From Candidatus Paracaedimonas acanthamoebae (GTDB lineage: Bacteria > Pseudomonadota > Alphaproteobacteria > Caedimonadales > Caedimonadaceae), in the NCBI GenBank assembly GCA_000743035.1, contig CP008936.1, positions 960,001 through 992,000 on the forward strand: 32,000 bases of DNA. The letters run 5' to 3'. This document shows, piece after piece, positions 8,085 to 19,258 of the stretch (position 1 is its first letter; every line of letters begins with the position of its first letter). The notes below the pieces were generated by a model that saw only the letters and a list, made by a program, of their open reading frames with translations, had not been told where the DNA came from and ran no database searches. The position numbers and the translations under genes are program-made.

Positions 8085-8894
8085 ATGCTCATTACTTATC
8101 CAGAAATAAATCCTATTGCCCTTCAATTAGGTCCGTTAACCATCCATTGGTATGGACTTGCTTATGTTGCTGGAATTTTACTAGGATGGCGCTATGCTAT
8201 TTGGCTCATTAAAAGACAACCACTTAAAATTACTCCTCAAAATCTTACAGATTTTATCTCTTTTGCAACAATTGGGATTGTTCTTGGAGGTCGTCTTGGG
8301 CATGCTCTCTTTTATGCGCCAGCGTATTACCTTCATAAACCTTGGGAAATTTTATTTCTCTGGCAACCAGGTATGGCTTTCCACGGTGGCCTTCTTGGGT
8401 TCTTGGGAGCTTCTTTATGGTTCTGTCGGAGACGGCATATTGCTTTTTTAGAACTAATGGATCTTGCGGCTTGTGCGGCTCCTATCGGCATCTTTTTTGG
8501 TCGCCTTGCAAATTTTATCAATGGTGAGCTCTGGGGGCGAACAACTGGGGGCAATTGGGGAATGATTTTTTCTCATGTAGATACTTTACCTCGCCATCCA
8601 AGCCAACTTTACGAAGCTGCCAGTGAAGGTTTTATACTTTTCTTAGCACTTTTTGTAGTCGCTCGCTTTACTCTCTGGCGCCAAAGATATCAGGGTTTAT
8701 TGTCAGGTTTTTTTCTAATTGGATATGCTGTGGCACGCATTACTGTGGAATGCTTTAGAGAACCTGACCTGCACATTGGATATCTTTTCTGGGGAACGAC
8801 GTTAGGCCAATGGTTAACACTGCCTTTACTCTTCGTTGGCCTAGGTCTTATATTCTTTGCGCAACGGAAGACCCATCCTTATGACGCCGTGTGA
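8085..8894 (+). CDS. lgt: Prolipoprotein diacylglyceryl transferase
   Basis: HWYGLAYVAGILLGW, GGRLGH, FHGGLLG, GRLANFINGELWGR and HPSQLYEA signatures. Polytopic. Starts 3 nt after the hldD stop. Confidence 0.93.
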   Translation: MLITYPEINPIALQLGPLTIHWYGLAYVAGILLGWRYAIWLIKRQPLKITPQNLTDFISFATIGIVLGGRLGHALFYAPAYYLHKPWEILFLWQPGMAFHGGLLGFLGASLWFCRRRHIAFLELMDLAACAAPIGIFFGRLANFINGELWGRTTGGNWGMIFSHVDTLPRHPSQLYEAASEGFILFLALFVVARFTLWRQRYQGLLSGFFLIGYAVARITVECFREPDLHIGYLFWGTTLGQWLTLPLLFVGLGLIFFAQRKTHPYDAV

Positions 8895-9936
8895 AAATCA
8901 TCTTTATACAATTCTCAAAACAGCCAAATGGCTGAGCATTGCTGAATTTATGAAGATTGTTCTTCATGATCCAAAACATGGCTACTATTCACGACAACAA
9001 GCAATTGGCATTCAAAACGATTTTATTACAGCACCTGAAGTATCTCAGCTCTTTGGTGAAAGCCTTGGATTTTGGATACTAAATACTTGGGAAAAACTTG
9101 GATGCCCCTCTCCTTTTGTGCTGCTTGAGCTAGGACCAGGGCGCGGTACTCTCCTTGCAGATCTGCTTCGCTTAACCTCTCAACGTGCAGATTTTCTTCA
9201 CGGGATGCATTTATATCTTGTCGAAGTTAATCAACATCTAAAAACTCAACAAGAGAATAAGCTCTCAAGCTATACGCCTCATTGGTTTGAATCCCTTTCA
9301 TTAGCTTTAAAAGCATCGGGAGATCTACCGATCTTTGTGATCGCAAATGAATTCTTGGATGTGTTTCCAATCCAACAATATATGTTAACCCCCAATGGAT
9401 GGCGTGAAAGAGGCATTACAACAGATACTTTAGGAGCTCTACATTTTTCTCTCAAAGATAGCCCTCCTGACATCGCACATTGCCTCTTTCCTTGTGATGC
9501 AAAAGAAGGAGATATTTTTGAGGTTTGTCCCGATGCACAACAAGTTGTGGCACAAATAGGCCAATATTTAACTCAATATCAAGGAAGTGCTTTGTTCATT
9601 GATTATGGATACAAGGAAGGCACAGGAGATACTTTTCAGGCCCTCTATCAACATCAATATGTTTCACCCTTTGAACACTTGGGAGCAGCTGATTTAACAG
9701 CTCACGTTCATTTTGGGATTCTTCTTAACCAGCTTGAACAATTTCCTTCTCTTAATAAGAGTTTTTCTTCTCAAGAAAGCTTTTTAAAGCAGTGTGGCAT
9801 TGAACTTTGGTCTCAGAAATTGATGCAAAAAGCCTCTTCTCAACAATATGAGGCAATAAAACACGCGCTCCATCGTTTGCTCAGTCCAAGTAAGATGGGC
9901 TCTCTTTTTAAAGTCCTTGAGGTTCATACAGCATGA
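8881..9936 (+). CDS. MidA/NDUFAF7-family class I SAM-dependent methyltransferase (DUF185)
   Basis: LLELGPGRGTL SAM-binding motif, ANEFLDVFP, and FIDYGY...TAHV. I prefer ATG 8881 (14-nt overlap with lgt) over the tracked 8857. The lgt-midA-pgeF order is common in alphaproteobacteria. Confidence 0.85.
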   Translation: MTPCENHLYTILKTAKWLSIAEFMKIVLHDPKHGYYSRQQAIGIQNDFITAPEVSQLFGESLGFWILNTWEKLGCPSPFVLLELGPGRGTLLADLLRLTSQRADFLHGMHLYLVEVNQHLKTQQENKLSSYTPHWFESLSLALKASGDLPIFVIANEFLDVFPIQQYMLTPNGWRERGITTDTLGALHFSLKDSPPDIAHCLFPCDAKEGDIFEVCPDAQQVVAQIGQYLTQYQGSALFIDYGYKEGTGDTFQALYQHQYVSPFEHLGAADLTAHVHFGILLNQLEQFPSLNKSFSSQESFLKQCGIELWSQKLMQKASSQQYEAIKHALHRLLSPSKMGSLFKVLEVHTA

Positions 9937-10691
9937 TAAAACCTTTACAATCCTCCCTCTTTTCGCAAATTTCCTGCATTAAACATGGTTTCTTTACTCG
10001 TCAGGGCGGAGTTTCTGAAGGAATTTATGCTTCGTTAAATTTAAGTATGACGAAAGGAGACCAAACGGAAAATGTCCATGAAAATCAAAGACGCATTGCA
10101 GAATGGTTTGATAACAATCCTTTATTATTGATGAATCAAATTCATGAGGATAAATCTTTATTTGTTACTACCCCTTTTCCTAATGACAAACTTCCAAAAG
10201 TGGATGGACTTATCACAAATTCCCCTGGTCTTGTTTTAAGTGTAACGACAGCAGATTGCATTCCTCTTCTTTTAGCAGATCCTGAATCAAAACTTATTGG
10301 AGCCGTCCACTCTGGCTGGCGAGGAACATTAAAAAATATTGCAGGTAAAACCGTTCAAAAAATGAAAGAATATGGTGCTCAAAAGATCTATGCATCTTTA
10401 GGTCCTGCCATCAGCCAAAATCATTTTGAAGTTGGATCAGAAGTTTACGAGGCTTTTAAAAATCAATATCAACATTTCTTCTCACCTAGCCCCACACCAA
10501 ACCGTTATCTGTGTGACCTTAAAGGCATTGTTGTTGAGCAACTTACCCAAGCAAATATTCATACTGCTGAAATTCTTCCTTATGATACTTACTCTACCCC
10601 CGAACTTTTCTTTAGTTGCCGCCGTTCAACACATCAAAATCAACCTCATTTTGGCTGTCAACTCTCCGCAATTATGATCACTTCTGGATAG
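9933..10691 (+). CDS. pgeF: Peptidoglycan editing factor PgeF (YfiH/DUF152 family)
   Basis: TADCIPLLL, HSGWRGT and C-terminal FFSCRR motifs. ATGA start/stop overlap with the upstream gene. Confidence 0.88.
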   Translation: MIKPLQSSLFSQISCIKHGFFTRQGGVSEGIYASLNLSMTKGDQTENVHENQRRIAEWFDNNPLLLMNQIHEDKSLFVTTPFPNDKLPKVDGLITNSPGLVLSVTTADCIPLLLADPESKLIGAVHSGWRGTLKNIAGKTVQKMKEYGAQKIYASLGPAISQNHFEVGSEVYEAFKNQYQHFFSPSPTPNRYLCDLKGIVVEQLTQANIHTAEILPYDTYSTPELFFSCRRSTHQNQPHFGCQLSAIMITSG

Positions 10692-10779
10692 TGAATTTTC
10701 TTACCAAAATCTCCCTTTAATTAATTGAATTCAAATGATTATTTTATTTTACCTTTCTCGATAAATGTAACGATTTTTC

Positions 10780-10808
10780 TCGACAAAAAGCTCCCAATTT
10801 GCTATAGT
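10780..10808 (+). promoter_or_regulatory. Sigma70-like promoter candidate (TCGACA-N17-TATAGT)
   Basis: Read directly: -35-like hexamer at 10780-10785, 17-nt spacer, -10-like hexamer at 10803-10808. It lies about 510 nt upstream of atpH, so it may drive a long leader or a small RNA. No experimental support. Confidence 0.3.
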
Positions 10809-11318
10809 TAAAGTATAAGGATTGATCTTATCCCTTTTTAGGAATCAACGACCTTTTTTAAGATTAAAATTATGTTGAATCGTTAATTTAATGATAAAGG
10901 AGAAACTATGTTTGAAAAGAACAGTTAAAGAATAATAAAAAGAAGTGACACGACAATGTTCGTACACTTAAATGTCTCTAAATAGGGAAAAATAGTGAGA
11001 AAATAATGTAAGCTATCTGGCTGAACTAACATTTTCTCAATAACAAAAATTATAAATAGAAATTGCAGCACCAAAATCAATTTGGCGCATAACGGAAGTA
11101 TTTGTGCAATTTTTTAAGGGATATAAATTAAAATATAATAAGGAAATTATGAATGAATTTAATGAAATATATTTCGATAGGCAACATGAGGGATAACTTA
11201 GTTCTGAACTGCTTATACGCTTGCAGAGAGAGAGAGCTGTATGATAAAAATTATAAAGAGAAAATTAAGAAACTCAACGTATTGGCTTTACTAGGCTCTA
11301 GAGATTGAAAGTTTTTCA

Positions 11319-11858
11319 ATGAATCAAGTTTCAAAAAGATATGCCGAAGCTCTTTTTAAGAGTGCTGAGAATAACAAAGAAATCGAACAGATTCGACAAG
11401 AACTGCATCTCCTTAAAAAGCTTTCTGATCAACATGTCGCATTAAAAAAAATGCTCCATAATCCCCTTCTTAATAAAAAAGAAGTGGTTTCGTCCTTCTT
11501 TGAACTTGCAAAGAGATGCCAGTTCTCAGCTCTACTTTCAAATTTTCTGCAAATGCTTGCTTTTCAGAAACGTCTCCCCCTTTTACAAGACATTATTACA
11601 TCCTTTGAAGAAATTATTGATCGATCCCAAGGCATCTTGAATGCTCATGTTACGTCTGCTCATACAATGAGCGAGAAACAAAAGCAGTTATTAACTGATC
11701 TTCTTGAACAAAAATTATCTTCAAAAATTAATTTACACGAACAAGTTAACGCGGATTTGTTAGGAGGCTATATTATTCAAATTGGCCCCTATCTTTTTGA
11801 TAATACCCTGAGTTATAAATTAAGTAAGCTCAGTCAATCACTTAAGAGAGTTGTATAA
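11319..11858 (+). CDS. atpH: F1 ATP synthase subunit delta (OSCP)
   Basis: 179 aa. N-terminal [10 protein letters not shown] and C-terminal [10 protein letters not shown]...DNTLSYKL motifs. TAATG overlap with atpA. Confidence 0.9.
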   Translation: MNQVSKRYAEALFKSAENNKEIEQIRQELHLLKKLSDQHVALKKMLHNPLLNKKEVVSSFFELAKRCQFSALLSNFLQMLAFQKRLPLLQDIITSFEEIIDRSQGILNAHVTSAHTMSEKQKQLLTDLLEQKLSSKINLHEQVNADLLGGYIIQIGPYLFDNTLSYKLSKLSQSLKRVV

Positions 11859-13387
11859 TGGAATTAAAAGCAAGCGAGATTACATCAATTCTTCAAAAAC
11901 AAATTACAAATTTCGCACTCAATGCGGAATTTGCAGAAATTGGCCATGTGCTTGAAGTTGGGGATGGAATTGCGCGCGTCTTTGGGCTTGAAAATGTTCA
12001 AGCTGGAGAAATGGTTGAGTTTCCGCAAGGTATTCAAGGGATGGCCCTTAATCTTGAAAGCGATAATGTTGGCATCGTTGTTTTGGGCGAAACCTCAGCC
12101 ATTAAAGAAGGAGATATTGTAAAACGCACGGGACGAATTGTTGAAGTTCCTACAGGAGATTCTCTCTTAGGTCGTGTCGTTGATGCCTTAGGCCATCCTT
12201 TAGATGGTAAAGGTGTTCTAGAAAAAATCAAAAAGGCTCGCATTGAAGTTAAAGCACCAGGAATTATTACGCGCCAATCTGTGACCGAACCAATGCAAAC
12301 TGGAATTATGGCAATCGATGCATTAGTCCCAATTGGTCGTGGACAACGCGAATTGATCATTGGAGATCGTCAAACTGGGAAAACAGCCATCGCCATTGAT
12401 ACTATTTTAAATCAAAAAAAGAAAAATGAAACCGTTTCTGATTCTGAGAAATTATATTGTATTTATGTCGCAATAGGTCAAAAAAAATCAACCATTGCAC
12501 AAATTGTAAAAATACTTGAAGAGCAAGGTGCGATGGCTTATACAACCGTTGTTGTCGCAACAGCCTCAGACCCCGCCTCTATGCAATTTCTAGCCCCCTA
12601 TTCAGGGACAGCGATGGGCGAATATTTCAGAGATAATGGTAAACATGCCTTAATTATCTATGATGATCTTTCTAAGCATGCTGTTGCTTATCGTCAGATG
12701 TCCCTTCTCCTACGTCGTCCTCCCGGTCGCGAAGCCTATCCAGGTGATGTATTCTATCTTCATTCTCGCCTTCTTGAGCGGGCCGCTAAACTTAGTGAAG
12801 CGTCTGGCGGTGGCTCACTGACCGCTCTTCCCATCATTGAAACACAAGCGGGTGATGTGTCTGCATATATTCCTACCAACGTCATTTCAATTACAGATGG
12901 GCAGATATTCCTTGAAACTGATCTTTTTTATAAAGGGATTCGACCTGCAATTAATGTTGGCCTTTCAGTAAGCCGCGTAGGTTCAGCAGCACAAGTAAAA
13001 GCAATGAAACAAGTTTCAGGAAAAGTCAAACTTGAATTAGCGCAATATCGTGAGATGGCTGCTTTCTCTCAATTTTCTTCAGATTTAGATGTTGCAACTC
13101 AAAACCTTCTTGCAAGAGGCGAGAGACTTACAGAGATGCTTAAACAAGCCCAATACTCTCCCATTAGCTTAGAAGATCAAATTGTCGTTATTTTTGCAGG
13201 CGTGCGTGGCTACTTAGATAAAATTAAAACACGTGATATTAGCCGTTTTGTAAAAGATATGCTCTTTACACTTTCCAATGAAAAGCCTGAGCTTATTCAA
13301 GAAATTCAAGAAAAAGGTGCTATCACCTCGACGCTTGAAGTAGAGCTTATTCGATTTCTTGATCATTTTGTTAGTCTTTTTGCTTAA
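11858..13387 (+). CDS. atpA: F1 ATP synthase subunit alpha
   Basis: P-loop [46 protein letters not shown]. Confidence 0.98.
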   Translation: MELKASEITSILQKQITNFALNAEFAEIGHVLEVGDGIARVFGLENVQAGEMVEFPQGIQGMALNLESDNVGIVVLGETSAIKEGDIVKRTGRIVEVPTGDSLLGRVVDALGHPLDGKGVLEKIKKARIEVKAPGIITRQSVTEPMQTGIMAIDALVPIGRGQRELIIGDRQTGKTAIAIDTILNQKKKNETVSDSEKLYCIYVAIGQKKSTIAQIVKILEEQGAMAYTTVVVATASDPASMQFLAPYSGTAMGEYFRDNGKHALIIYDDLSKHAVAYRQMSLLLRRPPGREAYPGDVFYLHSRLLERAAKLSEASGGGSLTALPIIETQAGDVSAYIPTNVISITDGQIFLETDLFYKGIRPAINVGLSVSRVGSAAQVKAMKQVSGKVKLELAQYREMAAFSQFSSDLDVATQNLLARGERLTEMLKQAQYSPISLEDQIVVIFAGVRGYLDKIKTRDISRFVKDMLFTLSNEKPELIQEIQEKGAITSTLEVELIRFLDHFVSLFA

Positions 13388-13404
13388 GGGATGAATAAAA
13401 CAAG

Positions 13405-14301
13405 ATGCCAAGCCTTAAAGACCTTAAAAATCGTCAACGCAGCATTCTGGCAACAAAAAAAATAACTTCCGCCATGAAAATGATTGCTGCTGCTAAATTA
13501 AAAAAAGCACAAGCACAAGCTTATGCAGCGCGCCCATATACTGAACTTATGGCTGAGATGCTAGGAGACTTTCTTGCACGCGTTCAAGACCCTGCACAGT
13601 TACCTGCTTTTCTGGTCGGACGAGAGCCAAGCCGTTCACATATGCTTATCGTAACAACCTCCAACCGTGGCTTAAGTGGAGGTTTTAATTCCTCTCTTAT
13701 TCGAATGGCTGAAGCACAAATCAATAAACTGCAAACAAAAGACCAAGAGGTAAAAATCTACTGCATAGGACGCAAAGGAAAAGAACAACTTGCGCGTCGC
13801 TACCATCCTCTGATCATTCAAACTGTTGACGCTCTTGATAAACCTCGTTTTCATGACGCCTCTCGTATTGCAAAAGAGCTTTTTAGTCTTTTTGAAAACC
13901 AAGAATTTGATTCATGCAGCATTATTTACAATAAGTTTGTTTCAGCTTTAACACAGAAAACAACCTCAACGTCTCTTATTCCTTTTAAGATAGAGCAAGA
14001 TAATCCAGCCCAACAACGAATTGATAAAAACTCTCAGACGCCAAAATCCTCTTATGAATATGAGCCAAGTGAGCCAGAAGTTCTCAATCAGCTCTTACCT
14101 AGAAATTTAGCTGTACAAATTTACCATACACTTTTAGAAAATGCTGCAAGCGAGCAAGGTGCTCGTATGTCAGCAATGGATACAGCAACCCGAAATGCAA
14201 ACGACATGCTTAAAACAATCAACCTTACTTATAATCGTACGCGACAAGCCTATATCACAAAAGAATTAATTGAAATTATTTCTGGGGCTGAGACACTTTA
14301 A
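13405..14301 (+). CDS. atpG: F1 ATP synthase subunit gamma
   Basis: MPSLKDLKNRQRSILATKKITSAMKMIAAAKL... at the N-terminus and ...NRTRQAYITKELIEIISGAE at the C-terminus. Confidence 0.95.
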   Translation: MPSLKDLKNRQRSILATKKITSAMKMIAAAKLKKAQAQAYAARPYTELMAEMLGDFLARVQDPAQLPAFLVGREPSRSHMLIVTTSNRGLSGGFNSSLIRMAEAQINKLQTKDQEVKIYCIGRKGKEQLARRYHPLIIQTVDALDKPRFHDASRIAKELFSLFENQEFDSCSIIYNKFVSALTQKTTSTSLIPFKIEQDNPAQQRIDKNSQTPKSSYEYEPSEPEVLNQLLPRNLAVQIYHTLLENAASEQGARMSAMDTATRNANDMLKTINLTYNRTRQAYITKELIEIISGAETL

Positions 14302-14312
14302 ATGTACACTAA

Positions 14313-15752
<1,440 letters not shown>

Positions 15753-15755
15753 TAA

Positions 15756-16184
15756 GTGAGAAATAAGAGGATGTCTTCTAAATTACATTTTAGCATTGTC
15801 TCTCCAGAGCGCCTTCTTTTGACTGATAATGTTGATATGGTCATTATTCCTGGAAGCCAGGGGGATTTTGGTGTTTTACCATCTCACTCTCCCATGGTTT
15901 CAACACTTCGCCCTGGTCTTGTCACAATTTATAACAATGGTGATATTAAAGAAAGAGTTTATGTAGCTGATGGATTTGCCCATATCACAGAAACTGGCTG
16001 CACAGTTTTGTCAGAAGAAAGTATTTTTCTAGCAGAAATGGATATTGAAATGCTCGAAGAAACTATCAAAAAAGCTAAACAAGAGCTTGAGGACTCTCGT
16101 ACAGAAGAAGAAAAATCTGCTCTAAAGCGGGATCTAGATTACATTTATTCAAAACTTGAGCTCTTAAAACGCCTAAAGCAATGA
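15756..16184 (+). CDS. atpC: F1 ATP synthase subunit epsilon
   Basis: LHFSIVSPERLL...GDFGVLPSHSPMVSTLRPGLV is typical of epsilon. The start is either GTG 15756 or ATG 15771. Confidence 0.9.
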   Translation: MRNKRMSSKLHFSIVSPERLLLTDNVDMVIIPGSQGDFGVLPSHSPMVSTLRPGLVTIYNNGDIKERVYVADGFAHITETGCTVLSEESIFLAEMDIEMLEETIKKAKQELEDSRTEEEKSALKRDLDYIYSKLELLKRLKQ

Positions 16185-16190
16185 ATATGA

Positions 16191-16217
16191 AAAAGCCACT
16201 GCTTTGCAGTGGCTTTT
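16191..16217. terminator. Bidirectional rho-independent terminator after atpC
   Basis: AAAAGCCACTGC-ttt-GCAGTGGCTTTT: perfect 12-bp stem with A and T flanks, between convergent genes. Confidence 0.8.
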
Positions 16218-16239
16218 CAAAAAATCTAAGCAAAAATTT

Positions 16240-16749
16240 TTACTTTGTTCCAGCTGTCTTCTCTGTTGCTTCTTTATGTTGTTGTGCACGCAGAGTTGCA
16301 ACATTCTTAACAATAGGTTCGCACATTTTTAGACCACCAATAAGTTCAAAAATTTCAGCATGGTCTTTTGCATCAACTGTTCCCTCTTGCAGATCAGCAA
16401 CTAATTTTGTAACAACAGCTGAAAGATCATCGGCGCTTGCTTGAACTTTTTCATGTTTATCTTCAGCTTTCTTTGGCTCAGCCTTATGATCTGTATTTTT
16501 ATTCTTCTCGCGAAGTTCTGCAGCTTTCTTTACGATTGGTGAGCAAACTTGAAGACCTCCAACAAGCTCATAAGCTTCATTTTGTTCATTCTTAGCAATC
16601 GTACCATCTTTAATTTCTTTTAAAATTTCATCAGCAACGACTTTCAACTCATCTGCTGTAAAAGTGTGATGATCATGAAGTTCATTCGCATTGACAGTTG
16701 CACCAAACAAGCTAACGATAGCAGCACCTAAAAATAAATTCTTAATCAT
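16240..16749 (-). CDS. Secreted protein with an internal tandem duplication (2 x about 50 aa), family unknown
   Basis: GGAGG lies 5 nt before ATG 16749, so I prefer that over 16761. Signal peptide MIKNLFLGAAIVSLFGATVNA. There are two repeats, each with a single Cys: ...YELVGGLQVCSPIVKKAAELR... and ...FELIGGLKMCEPIVKNVATLR... Confidence 0.65.
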   Translation of the reverse strand: MIKNLFLGAAIVSLFGATVNANELHDHHTFTADELKVVADEILKEIKDGTIAKNEQNEAYELVGGLQVCSPIVKKAAELREKNKNTDHKAEPKKAEDKHEKVQASADDLSAVVTKLVADLQEGTVDAKDHAEIFELIGGLKMCEPIVKNVATLRAQQHKEATEKTAGTK

Positions 16750-16899
16750 TAATTCCTCCACATATAGATTAAAACACTAACTTACACTCAGAATTTACAA
16801 GATAATACTTAAAATTTTATTAATTGTTTAAATCTAATATAAAAAGGAAATTAATAGAAAATAAGTCAGTCGTCACTAAAGACCATGTTTCCAAATTTA

Positions 16900-17817
16900 T
16901 TAAGCAGCTTGCTTGAGAGGATCAGCTTTTCCCTCTATAAGGAATTCTTGTTTAGGTGTTCTTTTGGCAAACTGATTGATCAGTAAACCTATAACAATAA
17001 AAACTGCCGCTATAAGGCATTCTTGAGTCAATCTTTCTTTAAGAATAATTGTTGATGCTAAGGCTCCAAAGATTGGCGTTAACATTGTAAAAGGCACAAT
17101 TCTTGCAGGTTCATACTTTTCAAGCAAATATGTATAACAAGTTGTTGCCACAATTGTTGCAAATAATGAAGAATAAATGATAGCAAATAATGAAGACCAT
17201 TTAAAAGTAAGACAAGCTAAGCAGATTGTCTCCCAGCCATCAACCATGAAAGACGTAAAAAACATCGGGATCGGAGGAATTAAACAACTCCAAATAATAA
17301 GAGAAAGCATGTTTGTTTTTTGATTTTGTCCCTTAAAAAGTAAGTTCCCTAAAGCAACAGAGAATGCTGCAAATAAAATGAGAAAAAATGTTACCCAGCT
17401 GAACTGCCCTCTCCCATGAATGGCAATCATACTTACACCCACAAATGCTAATGTAATACCTATAAGCTCTAATTTCTTTGGCTTATAGTAGAAAAAGATT
17501 GCCGAAAGCAGAACTGTAAAAATGATTTGCGTTTGCATGAGAAGAGAACATAAAGCTGCAGGCATTCCAAGATAAAGCCCGAATGCTATTGCAGATAACT
17601 GACAAATCCAAATCAATAAAGAGAATTTAAAAATTAAAAGCTTTGAACAATTTGGTTTTTTAATAAAAAAGATAATGGGGAAACAAGCAAATACAAATCG
17701 TAAAGTAAGTTGTAAAAAAGGTGGGAAGGAAACCAGACTTAATTTTATCGCAACAAAATTTGTCCCCCAGAGCAACATCACGAGAACAGCTAAAAAAATG
17801 TCTTTAAGAACCATCAC
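16900..17817 (-). CDS. EamA/DMT-superfamily transporter
   Basis: 305 aa with about 10 hydrophobic helices. N-terminal LLWGTNFVAIK motif. Two-EamA-repeat architecture. Confidence 0.85.
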   Translation of the reverse strand: MMVLKDIFLAVLVMLLWGTNFVAIKLSLVSFPPFLQLTLRFVFACFPIIFFIKKPNCSKLLIFKFSLLIWICQLSAIAFGLYLGMPAALCSLLMQTQIIFTVLLSAIFFYYKPKKLELIGITLAFVGVSMIAIHGRGQFSWVTFFLILFAAFSVALGNLLFKGQNQKTNMLSLIIWSCLIPPIPMFFTSFMVDGWETICLACLTFKWSSLFAIIYSSLFATIVATTCYTYLLEKYEPARIVPFTMLTPIFGALASTIILKERLTQECLIAAVFIVIGLLINQFAKRTPKQEFLIEGKADPLKQAA

Positions 17818-17877
17818 GAAGAAAGTATTTATGCATAATATGTATATTTAGTAAAAATATAGTAACTTTTTTATAAT

Positions 17878-17905
17878 TTGACAAGCGTATTCTTTTAAAT
17901 ACATT
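17878..17905 (+). promoter_or_regulatory. Sigma70-like promoter candidate upstream of phaB (TTGACA-N16-TACATT)
   Basis: Consensus -35 hexamer read directly, with a TAnnnT -10 about 180 nt upstream of the phaB ATG. AT-rich context makes chance matches likely. Confidence 0.3.
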
Positions 17906-18087
17906 TTTCTTACTAAAAAATTTCTTTTTTATTAATAAATCTTTTACTCCCTGTTGCTACGCTCTAACAAATTTTAGATAAAAATAGTTCAGTAAAGGAT
18001 TTTTGTTTAATCAGTAAGAAAACTATATTTATTAAAATCTTATAAAATGGTTAAATTAAAATTATAGAACAAGGGGAGAAAAATAAA

Positions 18088-18813
18088 ATGACTGGACACG
18101 TTGCTATTGTAACAGGAGGAACAAGAGGGATTGGCGCCTCAATTTCACAAGCTCTGATGAAAGCTGGTTATCGTGTTGCTGCGACCTATCAAGCTGATGA
18201 TATAGCAGCTGAGACTTTTAGACGAAGTACAAATGTCGCGGTATTTCGATGGGATGTCAGTCATCATGATGATTGTATAAAAGGGATTCAAACAGTTCAG
18301 CAGCAATTAGGAAATATTGATGTGCTTATTAACAATGCCGGGATTACCTCTGATAGCATGTTCCATAAGTCTACCGCCCAAGATTGGACAAAAGTACTCA
18401 ATACAAACCTTGTCTCTTGCTTCAATATGGCCCATGCTGTCATAGGCGGAATGCGCGAACGTAATTATGGGCGCATTATTAACATTAGCTCGATTAATGG
18501 CCAAAAAGGACAACTAGGACAAACTAATTATGCAGCCGCCAAAGCTGGAATTATAGGCTTTACAAAAGCCTTAGCGCTCGAAAATGCTCGAAAAAATATT
18601 ACGGTGAATGCAATAGCGCCTGGTTATATTGCAACAGATATGGTTAAGGCCGTTCCTCAGGAAGCTTTAGATAAAATCGTCGCCCAAATTCCTGTGGGCC
18701 GATTAGGTGAACCAGAAGAAATTGCAAGAGCCGTTGTATTTTTGGCCGCTGAAGAAGCTGGCTTTATCACTGGCTCGACTCTCTCTATTAATGGCGGGCA
18801 ATATATGGTATAA
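18088..18813 (+). CDS. phaB: Acetoacetyl-CoA reductase (SDR family)
   Basis: 241 aa. TGGTRGIG, NNAGIT, SSINGQKGQLGQTNYAAAKAG (YxxxK) and PVGRLGEPEEIARAVVFLA...FITGSTLSINGG. Closely colinear with alphaproteobacterial PhaB. Confidence 0.9.
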   Translation: MTGHVAIVTGGTRGIGASISQALMKAGYRVAATYQADDIAAETFRRSTNVAVFRWDVSHHDDCIKGIQTVQQQLGNIDVLINNAGITSDSMFHKSTAQDWTKVLNTNLVSCFNMAHAVIGGMRERNYGRIINISSINGQKGQLGQTNYAAAKAGIIGFTKALALENARKNITVNAIAPGYIATDMVKAVPQEALDKIVAQIPVGRLGEPEEIARAVVFLAAEEAGFITGSTLSINGGQYMV

Positions 18814-18885
18814 ACGTTAATCCTAAAAAGAGAAATTGGCTCTTTATTATGGTGAAAAATACGATTTAGTAAGGAAAGAATAATT

Positions 18886-19197
18886 ATGATACTTGATGCT
18901 ACAGATGCCACATTTCAAAAAGAAGTACTTGAATCTTCCGATACCGTTTTAGTCGATTTTTGGGCTGAATGGTGTGGCCCTTGTAAAGCCCTTGCCCCTG
19001 TTTTAGAAAACTTGTCAGAGGCAATCCCACAACTCAAAATTGTTAAAGTAAATGTTGATGAGAATTCACAAGCACCAACTGGCTACCAAATAAGAGCAAT
19101 TCCAACCCTTATCTTATTCCAAAATGGGCAGCCTATTTCTAGGAGTGGAGCGTTACCACAACGAAACCTTGAGGAATGGATAAAAGGTTACCTTTAA
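18886..19197 (+). CDS. trxA: Thioredoxin
   Basis: 103 aa. WCGPC active site and the VDFWAEWCGPCK...IRAIPTLILF pattern. Confidence 0.92.
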   Translation: MILDATDATFQKEVLESSDTVLVDFWAEWCGPCKALAPVLENLSEAIPQLKIVKVNVDENSQAPTGYQIRAIPTLILFQNGQPISRSGALPQRNLEEWIKGYL

Positions 19198-19203
19198 GGC
19201 ATA

Positions 19204-19230
19204 CCAGAAGGGATCTTTCATCCCTTCTGG
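19204..19230 (+). other. Perfect 11-bp stem-loop between trxA and phaC, with no T-tract
   Basis: CCAGAAGGGAT-ctttc-ATCCCTTCTGG read directly. No poly-T follows, so it is not a canonical intrinsic terminator. It may be an mRNA processing/stability element or a partial attenuator. Confidence 0.4.
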
Positions 19231-19258
19231 GTACTAACTTCAACTATAAAAAGATAAA

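Noticed and set aside
7741-8109. 122-aa plus-strand ORF, plus the internal ORFs of lgt at 8194-8451 (+), 8342-8527 (+) and 8333-8554 (-)
   Set aside because: They are out-of-frame overlaps with hldD and lgt and have no independent support.
8857-8880. Tracked upstream start (ATG 8857) for the MidA-like gene
   Set aside because: It would create a 38-nt overlap with lgt. ATG 8881 gives a shorter overlap, and the N-terminus from that Met onward resembles the family. It cannot be settled without alignments, so the alternative is noted.
11225-11236. (AG)6 dinucleotide tract upstream of atpH as a phase-variation switch
   Set aside because: It is too short for efficient slippage, lies about 85 nt from the start codon, and is not positioned between promoter hexamers that I can identify.
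16181-16444. 87-aa plus-strand ORF starting at the atpC stop
   Set aside because: It runs through the bidirectional terminator and then antisense through the secreted repeat-protein gene. The minus-strand gene has a signal peptide, a Shine-Dalgarno and an internal repeat structure.
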